From: a virus
Lineage: Duplodnaviria > Caudoviricetes
Reading direction: 5' to 3' (one strand)
Virus record (IMG/VR): IMGVR_UViG_3300048856_000132
Span: 1-45,482 of that record
Length of the DNA: 45,482 nucleotides
The notes beneath the pieces were generated by a model. That model worked only from the letters and a program-made list of their open reading frames with translations. It was not told the DNA's origin and searched no databases. The translations under genes were made by a program, and so were the position numbers. Of the stretch, positions 27,637 through 35,577 are shown in pieces. Numbering within the stretch: position 1 is the stretch's first letter; every line of letters starts with the position of its first letter.

Positions 27637-27715
27637 TGAACCCGGGGGGGTGGTGGTACCGAAATGTCACACCCGGCGGGGCCGGCGGAGGGCCGGGCGG
27701 CGGCCCGGATGAGGG

Positions 27716-28255
27716 TCAGCCAGCTCGGCCGATGAGGAAGGCGGCTTGCTGGAGGATGGTCTTGGCGAACTCGCCGGCGGCGATCTCGGCCAAGAGGTCC
27801 TCGTAGTCACCGGGCTTGCGGTTGATGGCGCCTGCAGGGTTCGGGCCGAAGAGCATTTCCGTGGGCAATCGCCCCTCGCCCTTGCGCTGGAGAACCAGCC
27901 CCGCCGCCCGCTTCGAGGTCGCCTTGGCGATGAAGGCGTGTTCGTAACGGCTGCGACCGCGGACATAGACGCCATAGCCGCGCTGCTGCGCCCCCATCTC
28001 GTGCAGCGGGATCTGCTGCGACCGGACGACGAGGGTGATGTCGCCGCCCCGGAGGTGCGAGCGCATCCGCGCCTTGATGAGCTTTTGCGCGACCTTCAGC
28101 GTCTTCGACGCGAACTGCGCGTAGTTGCGCTCGACCACGCCGCGCGCCCGGCCCGCCGCCCGCGAGAAGGCGATCTTCTGCAGGTCGGCGGGAAGCCGGT
28201 CGAAGATGTCGGCGACGCGGCGGAAGTCCGAGGCGTCGAAGATGATTTGCGTCAT
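27716..28255 (-). CDS. Tail completion protein (lambda gpZ-like)
   Basis: Basic protein; A.SRAA..AR, Y.HAFIA, R.G..RLP...FGP.P motifs. Confidence 0.7.
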   Translation of the reverse strand: MTQIIFDASDFRRVADIFDRLPADLQKIAFSRAAGRARGVVERNYAQFASKTLKVAQKLIKARMRSHLRGGDITLVVRSQQIPLHEMGAQQRGYGVYVRGRSRYEHAFIAKATSKRAAGLVLQRKGEGRLPTEMLFGPNPAGAINRKPGDYEDLLAEIAAGEFAKTILQQAAFLIGRAG

Positions 28256-28326
28256 CTGCCGGCGACCCGCAGCAACAGCGCGAGAATGGCGGCGCGGCGC
28301 TTGGCGCAGGAGCGGCAACCGGTCAC
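28252..28326 (-). CDS. 24-aa CxxC mini-protein (MTGCRSCAKRRAAILALLLRVAGR)
   Basis: Not in the ORF track; GTGA overlap with the upstream stop and ATGA overlap with the downstream start. Confidence 0.5.
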   Translation of the reverse strand: MTGCRSCAKRRAAILALLLRVAGR

Positions 28327-28460
28327 TTGAACGCCATGGCCGCCATAAGGCCGACGAATGCTGCGGAGGAACAGAAGGCTATGCAGCAGAGGATGGTGGC
28401 CTTGCCGGATGCCGGCTTGCCGCAACCGATCTGCCCGGAGGGTGGCTTCATCGGCATCAC
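28323..28460 (-). CDS. 45-aa protein with C-terminal TM segment
   Basis: Not in the ORF track; GAGGTG RBS, GTGA coupling; ..ATILCCIAFCSSAAFVGLMAAMAFK*. Confidence 0.5.
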   Translation of the reverse strand: MMPMKPPSGQIGCGKPASGKATILCCIAFCSSAAFVGLMAAMAFK

Positions 28461-28861
28461 GTCACCTCAGATCGAATGAGCTGTGACGCCAGAGCCATGA
28501 GATCCACACCGACGAGCCTTGCGTACCGCTGCAGCCCGAGCACCGCCGCCTCCTCTGCCTGCCAGTGCGGCCAGTAGCGCCCGCTTGCCACGCCCTTGAT
28601 CGTCGGTGAGTGCGGCCGGCCGAGCCAGTGAGCGAGCAACGCATGCCCGATCTCGTGGTCGCGGCTCATTGCGACGAGGTGATCCCAGGATAGTGATGCG
28701 TCGTCCTTGGCATAGCCGAGCGAGACGGCACGAGCCCGATCTTCGGCGCTATCGCCCGGCCAAGCCTTCACGAACGAGCCGTCACCGAATAGGTTCGTCG
28801 TCAGACCGGACGTCTCCATCTCGATTTCGGCGCCGGCAAGGCGGATGATCTCGGGCTTCAT
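28457..28861 (-). CDS. Hypothetical protein with HExxH motif
   Basis: RDHEIGHALLAHWL..EEA; first ORF of the late operon. Confidence 0.7.
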   Translation of the reverse strand: MKPEIIRLAGAEIEMETSGLTTNLFGDGSFVKAWPGDSAEDRARAVSLGYAKDDASLSWDHLVAMSRDHEIGHALLAHWLGRPHSPTIKGVASGRYWPHWQAEEAAVLGLQRYARLVGVDLMALASQLIRSEVT

Positions 28862-28944
28862 GGACGCACCTGGAGCCGGGCTTCACACGAACGGTAGAGC
28901 ATCACAAGGTTCGTGGTCCGACCCATGGCGTCGCCCCGACAAGC

Positions 28945-28967
28945 AAAAGGCCCGCCGAAGCGAGCCC
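28945..28967 (-). terminator. Intrinsic terminator in the late leader
   Basis: GGGCTCGC-TTCG-GCGGGCCTTTT on - strand with UUCG loop. Confidence 0.8.
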
Positions 28968-29068
28968 AAAAATTCCATAGAAAACCATCAGTGCCGAGCG
29001 CTATCTGCGCTGGCTGGGTCCGCCCCGGCGTGTGACACAATGGCCCCGCACAGTCGAGCAAATCATCC

Positions 29069-29095
29069 TGGGAGGGATATTGATCATCCCTCCCA
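29069..29095. repeat. Perfect 10-bp inverted repeat TGGGAGGGAT-N7-ATCCCTCCCA
   Basis: Read directly; arms resemble the origin iterons. Confidence 0.85.
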
Positions 29096-29102
29096 TCACC
29101 TG

Positions 29103-29753
29103 TCAAGCGGCTCGCACCGCGCTCATATCGACGGTGACGGGCGTCAGGCGCCCGAAGATGGCGATCATCACCTCGATCATCCGCTTGCCGTGGTAGTCGT
29201 TGACGTTGCCGTGGAAGCCTTGGAACGGCCCTTCCGTCATCATCACCGGCTCCTGCAGTCGGTACGGCCGCTTTACCGACGAGCGCCGCATCTGATCGAA
29301 CCGCCCCTTGGCCTGCGCATCGATCAGTGCTTCGACATCGCGTGATGGCACCCGCACGGGCAGCCCATTCACGCCGAGCACGCACTCCACGCCGTCGCAG
29401 CCACGCACATGGCCCCAGTGCTCCTGGCCTGTCGACATGCCGAGGAAGAGGTAGCGCGTCATCAGCGGATACGCCCTCACCCGCCAGACCTTCGTGCGTG
29501 GATGCCGCGTCTCCTTGCGCATCTTCGGCAGGAACGAGATGAAGCCCGCCGCCTCCAGCGAGGCCTGCGCCCGATCCTCGCACTGCGGATTGGTCCGCAC
29601 GACGTACCAGACGAAGGCGCTGGCCGCAGCCCGATCCAGCCGAGCCATATCGGCATCGAACGCCTCGCCGTTGAACGGGCCGTAGACGCCGGGAGGATTG
29701 CCCGCCGCCTTGGGAGGGTTTGGGAGGATGGAGGGTGTGCGGCCCGTTTCCAT
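29103..29753 (-). CDS. NusG/RfaH-family transcription antiterminator (NGN plus KOW)
   Basis: WYVVRTNPQCE, PLMTRYLF, GV..VLG..G.P..V, EGPFQGFHG..IFGR.TPV; start uncertain. Confidence 0.88.
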   Translation of the reverse strand: METGRTPSILPNPPKAAGNPPGVYGPFNGEAFDADMARLDRAAASAFVWYVVRTNPQCEDRAQASLEAAGFISFLPKMRKETRHPRTKVWRVRAYPLMTRYLFLGMSTGQEHWGHVRGCDGVECVLGVNGLPVRVPSRDVEALIDAQAKGRFDQMRRSSVKRPYRLQEPVMMTEGPFQGFHGNVNDYHGKRMIEVMIAIFGRLTPVTVDMSAVRAA

Positions 29754-29966
29754 TTTGCTCGTCCAATCAATGAGATAAGGTTTTATTTTGGGAGGATGGG
29801 AGGATTGGGAGGATTATTCAGATCAACAACACAGATGCGCATGCGCGCACACACTATGGGGTCGCCCGAATAATCCTCCCAATCCTCGCAAACCCTCCCA
29901 AAGCCCTGTGCGGCAAGGCTTTCAGAAAAGTGCGATCCTCCCACAACCCTCCCAAATCGGGAGGAT
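29691..29966. repeat. Iteron array GGGAGG(A/G)T, predicted replication origin
   Basis: About 12 copies in two opposed blocks; perfect 20-bp IR at 29800-29819/29868-29887; AT-rich tract at about 29765-29790; directly downstream of the helicase. Confidence 0.78.
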
Positions 29967-30002
29967 CAGCGCGAAACAGGAGTGAACGCAGCGCGAACAT
30001 CG

Positions 30003-31574
30003 TCAGACCTCGTCACGCGGCGCGAAATCTCGCCCGTCGCCATCCGGCCCGGGCGCCTTCCCCTGGAAATCGCTGGTGTCCTTGATCAGCCTGAGATCGT
30101 GCCACCACACGACGTTCGACGTCTTCGTGCGGTAACCCCGATCCTTCATGGCCTTCGAGAAGCCCTTCTGCGTCCACTCGCTCTCGCCGGCCCACTTCGT
30201 CCACGCCTGGAACACGGCATAGAGCACCGAGCTTTGGACGAATTCGCCCTCGGCCTTCTCCGTCACCAGCGCGAGGAAGCGGCCGAAGGGGTCGCTGTCC
30301 TCCCGGTATGTCTGCGTCGCCTCGATGATGCTCTCGGGGATCACCAGGCCGTTTTCCAGCCAGCCCCGAAGCCCGTCCATCATCCAGTTGAAGATGCCCG
30401 AACTCTCGGCCGCCAGCTTCGCCGGCAGCTCCTTGTCGAGATCCTGCTTGGCGATAATGTTCTCGAACGGCACCAGCACGATGCGTCGCCAGATGCCGTG
30501 GTCGGCGCCGGCGATTTCCGGCTTATGGTTCCCCGATATCGTCAGCTTGAACACCGGCCGCAGCGTGAAGAAGTCCTTGTTCAGGAACCGTGCTTTGATC
30601 GGCTCGCCTCCGGTGATCAGCTTAATGAAGGCTTCGGCGAGCTTCGCCTTCTTCTCCGGCTCGGATGTTCGCAGCTGCCGAATGCCTTTCAGCCCGGCAA
30701 TGTCCGGGCTCGCGTCGCTGCCCTTGCGCTTCGCCCCCTGGTCGAGAAACGTCTCGATGCCCAGCGTCTCGGAATAGTCGCCGAGGATCGTGGCCGTCGC
30801 GTCCACCAGTGTCGACTTGCCGTTCGACCCCTCGCCGAAAAGGAAAACGAGCTTCTGCTCGCCGACCAGACCCGTCGCGTTGTAGCCGAACCACTGCGCC
30901 AGAAACCGCTGCTGCCCCGGGTTCGGCTGCGTCTTCGCCATGAAGGACGCGAACACCGGCGCCCGCGCGTTCGGATCGTAGATGACGGGCGCGAGCTTCG
31001 TGATCCGGTGCGCCGGGTCGTGTGGCAGCAGCGTGATCAGCGGGTCGCTGTCCTCCGGCCCCGTCGGCCGCCGAAACCGCAGCGTCCCGTTCATCACCGT
31101 CAGCATCATCGGATCGCCATCGAGGTCGTCGGGCCGGGCGCTCATCTTCGGCCGCGCCTGCTCGGCCACCGCGTTCAGCCGTGGCCTGTTCTCCGAGGAT
31201 CGCCCCCAGTCCCGCACCTTGTCGTGCCGCCAGACGGCATCCTTCGTGCGCGTCGCCTCGGTGACGATCTCGTCGTCCTCGCTGTTCTCCAGGGCCCGCG
31301 CTTCCTCCTGGATCGCCCGAACCGTCAGCTGCACCGCCTGCAAGACCTTCGCCTCAGCGTCGTCAAAGCTCCAGCGGCGCCCGTCCCACACGGCCCAGCC
31401 GAGTTCGAAGCACCAGAGCAGCCGACCGCCATAGCGCGCATGGAATCGCTCGGCATTGCCGAGGTCCGTCAGCGGGAATTTCGACAGCCGAAGGTCGATG
31501 TCGTCCGGCGGTCGCCTCACCGGCTCGTCTCCCCCGCCCCGCCGAAACCCGTCAAACCGAACAACCTCGCTCAT
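30003..31574 (-). CDS. P4-family / D5-like SF3 helicase
   Basis: TDLGNAERF, W..WDGRRW, GEGSNGKST Walker A, IKLITGGE.I.AR, GNHKP, GIWRR; start MSEVVRF. Confidence 0.92.
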   Translation of the reverse strand: MSEVVRFDGFRRGGGDEPVRRPPDDIDLRLSKFPLTDLGNAERFHARYGGRLLWCFELGWAVWDGRRWSFDDAEAKVLQAVQLTVRAIQEEARALENSEDDEIVTEATRTKDAVWRHDKVRDWGRSSENRPRLNAVAEQARPKMSARPDDLDGDPMMLTVMNGTLRFRRPTGPEDSDPLITLLPHDPAHRITKLAPVIYDPNARAPVFASFMAKTQPNPGQQRFLAQWFGYNATGLVGEQKLVFLFGEGSNGKSTLVDATATILGDYSETLGIETFLDQGAKRKGSDASPDIAGLKGIRQLRTSEPEKKAKLAEAFIKLITGGEPIKARFLNKDFFTLRPVFKLTISGNHKPEIAGADHGIWRRIVLVPFENIIAKQDLDKELPAKLAAESSGIFNWMMDGLRGWLENGLVIPESIIEATQTYREDSDPFGRFLALVTEKAEGEFVQSSVLYAVFQAWTKWAGESEWTQKGFSKAMKDRGYRTKTSNVVWWHDLRLIKDTSDFQGKAPGPDGDGRDFAPRDEV

Positions 31575-32032
31575 GCCGTCTTCCTCGCGTCGAAAGCTGC
31601 CGTGGCAGTGCGCGCCCGCGCCATCTCGGCGGCGACCTGTCGCTGCCGATCGTCGTGGCGCTGCAGATGGCGGGGCCAGGGCGGCGGCGCGGCGGCGATT
31701 TGCGGATGCGCGGCGACAAGCGCGGCATGCTCGACCGCGGTCAGCTCGCTCCAGTCGACGTCGAGGCCGAGATCGCCGCACCAGGCGCGATAGCGCTGGA
31801 CGGCATGGATCACGGTCGAATGGTCGCGCCGAAAGTGCTGGCCGATCCAGTGAAAGGACGGCGCCTCACCGCGGATGCGAACGGGCCCGTGCCGCACCAT
31901 GCCCATGGCGATCGACCGCGCGATCGTCGCCCGCTTAAACTGGCGGCTGGAAAACACCAGCGTCAGCGGCGCGCCGCAGGCCTCAGCCGCCACCGTCGCG
32001 CAGGCGCGCACGATCGCCGGAACCGCACTCAT
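31571..32032 (-). CDS. DnaA C-terminal-like HTH protein
   Basis: ARSIAM..S...IG..F.RDHSTVIHAV signature. Confidence 0.8.
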   Translation of the reverse strand: MSAVPAIVRACATVAAEACGAPLTLVFSSRQFKRATIARSIAMGMVRHGPVRIRGEAPSFHWIGQHFRRDHSTVIHAVQRYRAWCGDLGLDVDWSELTAVEHAALVAAHPQIAAAPPPWPRHLQRHDDRQRQVAAEMARARTATAAFDARKTA

Positions 32033-33279
32033 GCCGCGATCTCCTGCGCAACGTCCGCCCAATCCTTGCCGTCCGGCGCCATCAGGCCGCGGCAGATCCG
32101 CCCCTCGCGCCGATGCCGCGACACGCCGCGGATCAGCGCCGCCTTCGTCTGGACCGGCTCGCTGTCGCCATCGCCGAGTAGGACAAGCTCGTCGACGCTG
32201 TCCAGCACCGGCAGGCAAACGCTATCCATGTCCGGCTCGTCACCGGCGGCGAACACGGGCCGCTTGCGCCCCCGCTTGTCGATCTTCACCGCGCCCTCGA
32301 CCCGCGCGCGCGAGCCGAGCAGCGCCTTGCCGCACAGGTTCCCCATGTCGCCAGCGGCGCAGTAGAACGTGTCGGCGCGAAATCCTTCATAGGCGGCATA
32401 ACCGAGCACGGTCTCGATTCCCTCGCCGGCGACCATCCGCCGTGAAGTGCTGGCCTTGCCGATCACCGGCAGCAGCCCGCCCGACTTCGACCCGGCCATC
32501 TTCTTCGTCGGTAGGGGCTTGCCGCTCGCCGGATCGATGATCGCGGGCCGGAATTTTGGCGGCCGCGACAGGTCGATCCATGTCCGGTGTAGCCCGACGA
32601 TCCGCCAGGAGCCCTCGACAGGCCGCAGGAACGGCACCAGCATAGCCGGTCCCCGGTGCAGCACGATTGTGCGGCCGTCGGTATCCTCGCCCCAAAAAAT
32701 CAGGTCGCGGTGGCACCGCACCAGGCTAGCCGTCATCCGCATTCCGTCTAGACCGCGGGCGGCGAGGTACAGGTCGCTGGGAGAGCCGTGGTGCGCGCCG
32801 GCAGCGTTCCAGTCGCGCAGGGCGCGGTCGATGCCCTTCTGCCGGTAGCGCGCCGATTCCGCAGCCTTTACCTCGGCCTTCTTCTCAGCGTCCGCGCGCA
32901 GCTCCAGCGTCCGCAACCGGGCCGCCTCTCGCTCGGCATCCCGCTCGACGCGCGAGGCGGCGTTGAGGTTCGGCCGGTCGCGCCCGGCGACGAGCTCGCA
33001 GGCGGCCAGAAAATCGGCGCCGGTGATGTGCATCGCCATCGTCACCACGCTGCCGCCGCCATGGCCGCGGCAGTTGAAGACCTGTTTGGCGGGCGACACC
33101 GAAAACCGGTCCTTGCCGCCGCAGGAAGGGCATGGGCCGGCATATTCCGAGAGCGGGCCTGCGCCGGTGCGCTTCAGCGAGGAGAGCGAATAGCCGGATC
33201 GTTCGAAGCCGGCGAGGATGTCGACCGCCTTGGCCTCCTCGACGAAGGCGTCCTTGTCGGGAGAGCGATCTGCGCTCAT
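32029..33279 (-). CDS. Primase (Zn-binding domain plus TOPRIM)
   Basis: GPCPSCGGKDRF..FNCRG, YLAARG, HRTW, GEGIET, GDGD, DWAD. Confidence 0.88.
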   Translation of the reverse strand: MSADRSPDKDAFVEEAKAVDILAGFERSGYSLSSLKRTGAGPLSEYAGPCPSCGGKDRFSVSPAKQVFNCRGHGGGSVVTMAMHITGADFLAACELVAGRDRPNLNAASRVERDAEREAARLRTLELRADAEKKAEVKAAESARYRQKGIDRALRDWNAAGAHHGSPSDLYLAARGLDGMRMTASLVRCHRDLIFWGEDTDGRTIVLHRGPAMLVPFLRPVEGSWRIVGLHRTWIDLSRPPKFRPAIIDPASGKPLPTKKMAGSKSGGLLPVIGKASTSRRMVAGEGIETVLGYAAYEGFRADTFYCAAGDMGNLCGKALLGSRARVEGAVKIDKRGRKRPVFAAGDEPDMDSVCLPVLDSVDELVLLGDGDSEPVQTKAALIRGVSRHRREGRICRGLMAPDGKDWADVAQEIAA

Positions 33280-34562
33280 TCCGCAGCCTCCACCGCCATC
33301 GCGCCGAACAGCGTGCCGTCAAGCGGCGACGCGGCGAGCCGGGCCGGCACGCGCCACTCCGCCTCGATCCGCCGCCGCGCCATCGCGGCATAGGTCGCGT
33401 TCAATTCGATCAGCGTGGCGCGCCGGTTATGGCGCAGCGCCACCAGTGCGGTCGTGCCCGATCCGCCGAACGGGTCGAGCACCAGGCCGCCCTTTGGACA
33501 TCCGGCAAGGATGCACCGCTCGGCCAGTTCCGGCGGGAAGGTGGCGAAGTGCGCCTCGGCAAAGGGCCGGATCGCAAATTCCCACGCGGTCAGCGGCGCC
33601 GGCTCGAAGTTTCGCAGCAGGCGGCCCTTGCCGCGCGGCGTCCCCTCGATCCCGGTGTGATTGATATGGCCCTCGTGCCGCGGCGTCAGCGCCCTCACCT
33701 TGTCACGACGATCACCAGATGGAAGCGCCTCGCCGAGCGTGTGTCGACCATGCGTCGCGCGTCCTCGAGTTGGTTTGCCCTTCTCTCGGCCGAGACGATG
33801 AACCGAGCCGTGCCCGCCCTCGCCGGCATCCCATCCGTCAGGCGCCTTGCCATCGGTCTCGGTCTTGCGGCCGACCGCCACCGTCGCCGCGTCGTAGTAG
33901 GCGCCGACACGGATCCAGCGCGGCCCGCGCTCGTCCGGCTTTGTGACGAGGGCGGCGGTCTGGGACAGGTCCGGGGCAAAGCTCATCTCACCAGTGTCTC
34001 GGGCGCGCCAGACATCGCCGTCGCTGGTCTTGGTCAGCATGAAGATTTTCTCGTGCGCGACGGACGGACGGGCCGTGCCGGAGGAATCCGGCATGGGGTT
34101 CGATTTTCCCCAGACGATCTCCGAGCGCACCCACCAGCCGGCATCCTGCAGCGCGATGGCCAAGCGGTTCGGGATCATGCAGAGGTCTTTCGGCTTCAGG
34201 CTGCCGCCGATCGTCGAGAACGGCTTGTCGCGGAACGTCCTGTCGTCAGTGCCGGCGGCCTTCGTATCGGCCGCACTCCGCCCGTTGGGAGACGTCGCAT
34301 AGCAGTCGCCGTAATTGATCCAGCATGTGCCGGTCGGCTTCAGCACCCGCTTTACCGCCTCGAACACGTCGACCATGACGGCCAGATGCTCGGCCAGGGT
34401 CGGTTCGAGCCCGATCTGCCCCTCGACCCCGTAGTCACGAAGCCCCCAATAGGGAGGCGAAGTCACCACGCAATCGACGCTGTCCGGCGCCATCGCCGCC
34501 AGCTGCTCGCGCACGTCACCAAGCCAGAGCGTCACCCGGCCATCAAGAAAGCTGTAGGTCAC
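33276..34562 (-). CDS. Orphan DNA methyltransferase (N4-C/N6-A, beta class)
   Basis: VTSPPYWGLRDY catalytic motif; HFATFP; VLDPFGGSGTT SAM-binding motif. Confidence 0.92.
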   Translation of the reverse strand: MTYSFLDGRVTLWLGDVREQLAAMAPDSVDCVVTSPPYWGLRDYGVEGQIGLEPTLAEHLAVMVDVFEAVKRVLKPTGTCWINYGDCYATSPNGRSAADTKAAGTDDRTFRDKPFSTIGGSLKPKDLCMIPNRLAIALQDAGWWVRSEIVWGKSNPMPDSSGTARPSVAHEKIFMLTKTSDGDVWRARDTGEMSFAPDLSQTAALVTKPDERGPRWIRVGAYYDAATVAVGRKTETDGKAPDGWDAGEGGHGSVHRLGREKGKPTRGRATHGRHTLGEALPSGDRRDKVRALTPRHEGHINHTGIEGTPRGKGRLLRNFEPAPLTAWEFAIRPFAEAHFATFPPELAERCILAGCPKGGLVLDPFGGSGTTALVALRHNRRATLIELNATYAAMARRRIEAEWRVPARLAASPLDGTLFGAMAVEAAE

Positions 34563-34693
34563 GGCTCGCCCTCCCGGTCTCGCTCAGCGAACCGCTCGCG
34601 CTGCCGCTTCGCCCGGCGCGCCATCCACCGCTCGATGCGCAGCATGATGGCCTGCCAGACGCGGCTCGCCGCGGACTTCGTCAGCCGCTGCAT
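34559..34693 (-). CDS. 44-aa basic peptide (MQRLTKSAASRVWQAIMLRIERW..)
   Basis: GAGGGAGG RBS; stop overlaps the MTase GTG; absent from the ORF track. Confidence 0.5.
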   Translation of the reverse strand: MQRLTKSAASRVWQAIMLRIERWMARRAKRQRERFAERDREGEP

Positions 34694-35021
34694 GGGCGAG
34701 TTCCTCCCTCAGCCGTCGCGTGTGCGCAGCTGCTGTTTCGTTGCGTTCGCATTGGGCTTCGTAAGCCAGCTGCAGGGCGCGATAGGCTGCGCCCGAGACG
34801 TCCTTCATCGACTGCCAGCGGTTCCAGATCCGCGCGGCATAGGACCGTTCGAGGCCGATCTGTTTTGCCGCCCTATCCCGCGCCGCCGTCCAGGTATCGG
34901 TCGGGCCGCGGTGCTGCGCGATGGTCAGCGCCTCGAGATAGTGGCGGGCCTCTAGGACGGCGCTCATGCTGTCATCCTCGACACGTCTCTTGTCGCGCGC
35001 GACACGTCTCTTGTCGGACAT
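34584..35021 (-). CDS. Hypothetical regulator in the cII position
   Basis: AARDRAAKQIGLERSYAARIW HTH-like segment; alternative start at 35285 coupled to cro. Confidence 0.6.
   Translation of the reverse strand: MSDKRRVARDKRRVEDDSMSAVLEARHYLEALTIAQHRGPTDTWTAARDRAAKQIGLERSYAARIWNRWQSMKDVSGAAYRALQLAYEAQCERNETAAAHTRRLREELAHAAADEVRGEPRLAGHHAAHRAVDGAPGEAAARAVR
34979..35016. repeat. Two 17-bp direct repeats CGACACGTCTCTTGTCG, each a CGACA-N7-TGTCG palindrome
   Basis: 34979-34995 and 35000-35016, period 21 bp. Confidence 0.85.
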
Positions 35022-35281
35022 GGAAGGCTCTCCGGTGCCATGTTGGGGGGCACAGGAGAGTTGCGATGGAAGGAGAGCTTGGTGGGGCCCGACGGTCATG
35101 TGCGGATGCCGTCGGAACAGATGCGGATGATGTCGAACAGCGACCGTGCGGGGCGCCTCGACGAAACAAGACTTCTCGGGCGTGCGGCCCATGATGAGCG
35201 AAGAGGGAGGCGCGTCGATGATCGACCGACCTCCCCTTCGCGCGTGAAGGCGATGCCTGAACGGGTCGATTGCCGATCGGG

Positions 35282-35500
35282 TCATGCGACCGCCTCGGCG
35301 GACGGATACATGTCGGGGCGCAGAGCGTGACGAGAGACGCCGGAGATTCGCTCGATATCGATCACCCGCAAGGGTGGGCAAACTCGCCACTGCCAAACGG
35401 CCTGCGGCGAGATGCCGAGCTTCGTAGCGACGGCAGTTGGTCCGCCGGCCAGCTCGATGGCGTTCTTAATCGCTGCGCAAAGGGTGTCTCGATCGCTCAT
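35282..35500 (-). CDS. Cro-like repressor (YdaS family)
   Basis: AGGPTAVATKLGISPQAVWQW..P..RV..IE..SGVSRHALRPDMY. Confidence 0.9.
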   Translation of the reverse strand: MSDRDTLCAAIKNAIELAGGPTAVATKLGISPQAVWQWRVCPPLRVIDIERISGVSRHALRPDMYPSAEAVA

Positions 35501-35508
35501 GCGCCAGT

Positions 35509-35546
35509 TCAAGCACAGCTTGATTATAGTTTCAAGCAATACTTCA
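35509..35546. promoter_or_regulatory. Two operators between cro and cI
   Basis: TCAAGCACAGCTTGA (35509-35523) and TCAAGCAATACTTCA (35532-35546), period 23 bp. Confidence 0.8.
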
Positions 35547-35577
35547 GTGGACCGCGAGCCGGTCGGCTCTTCACAAC

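Noticed and set aside
29982-34955. Very long + strand ORFs (29982..31793, 603 aa; 33132..34955, 607 aa)
   Set aside because: Antisense shadows of the helicase and MTase; no motifs; expected from high-GC codon bias
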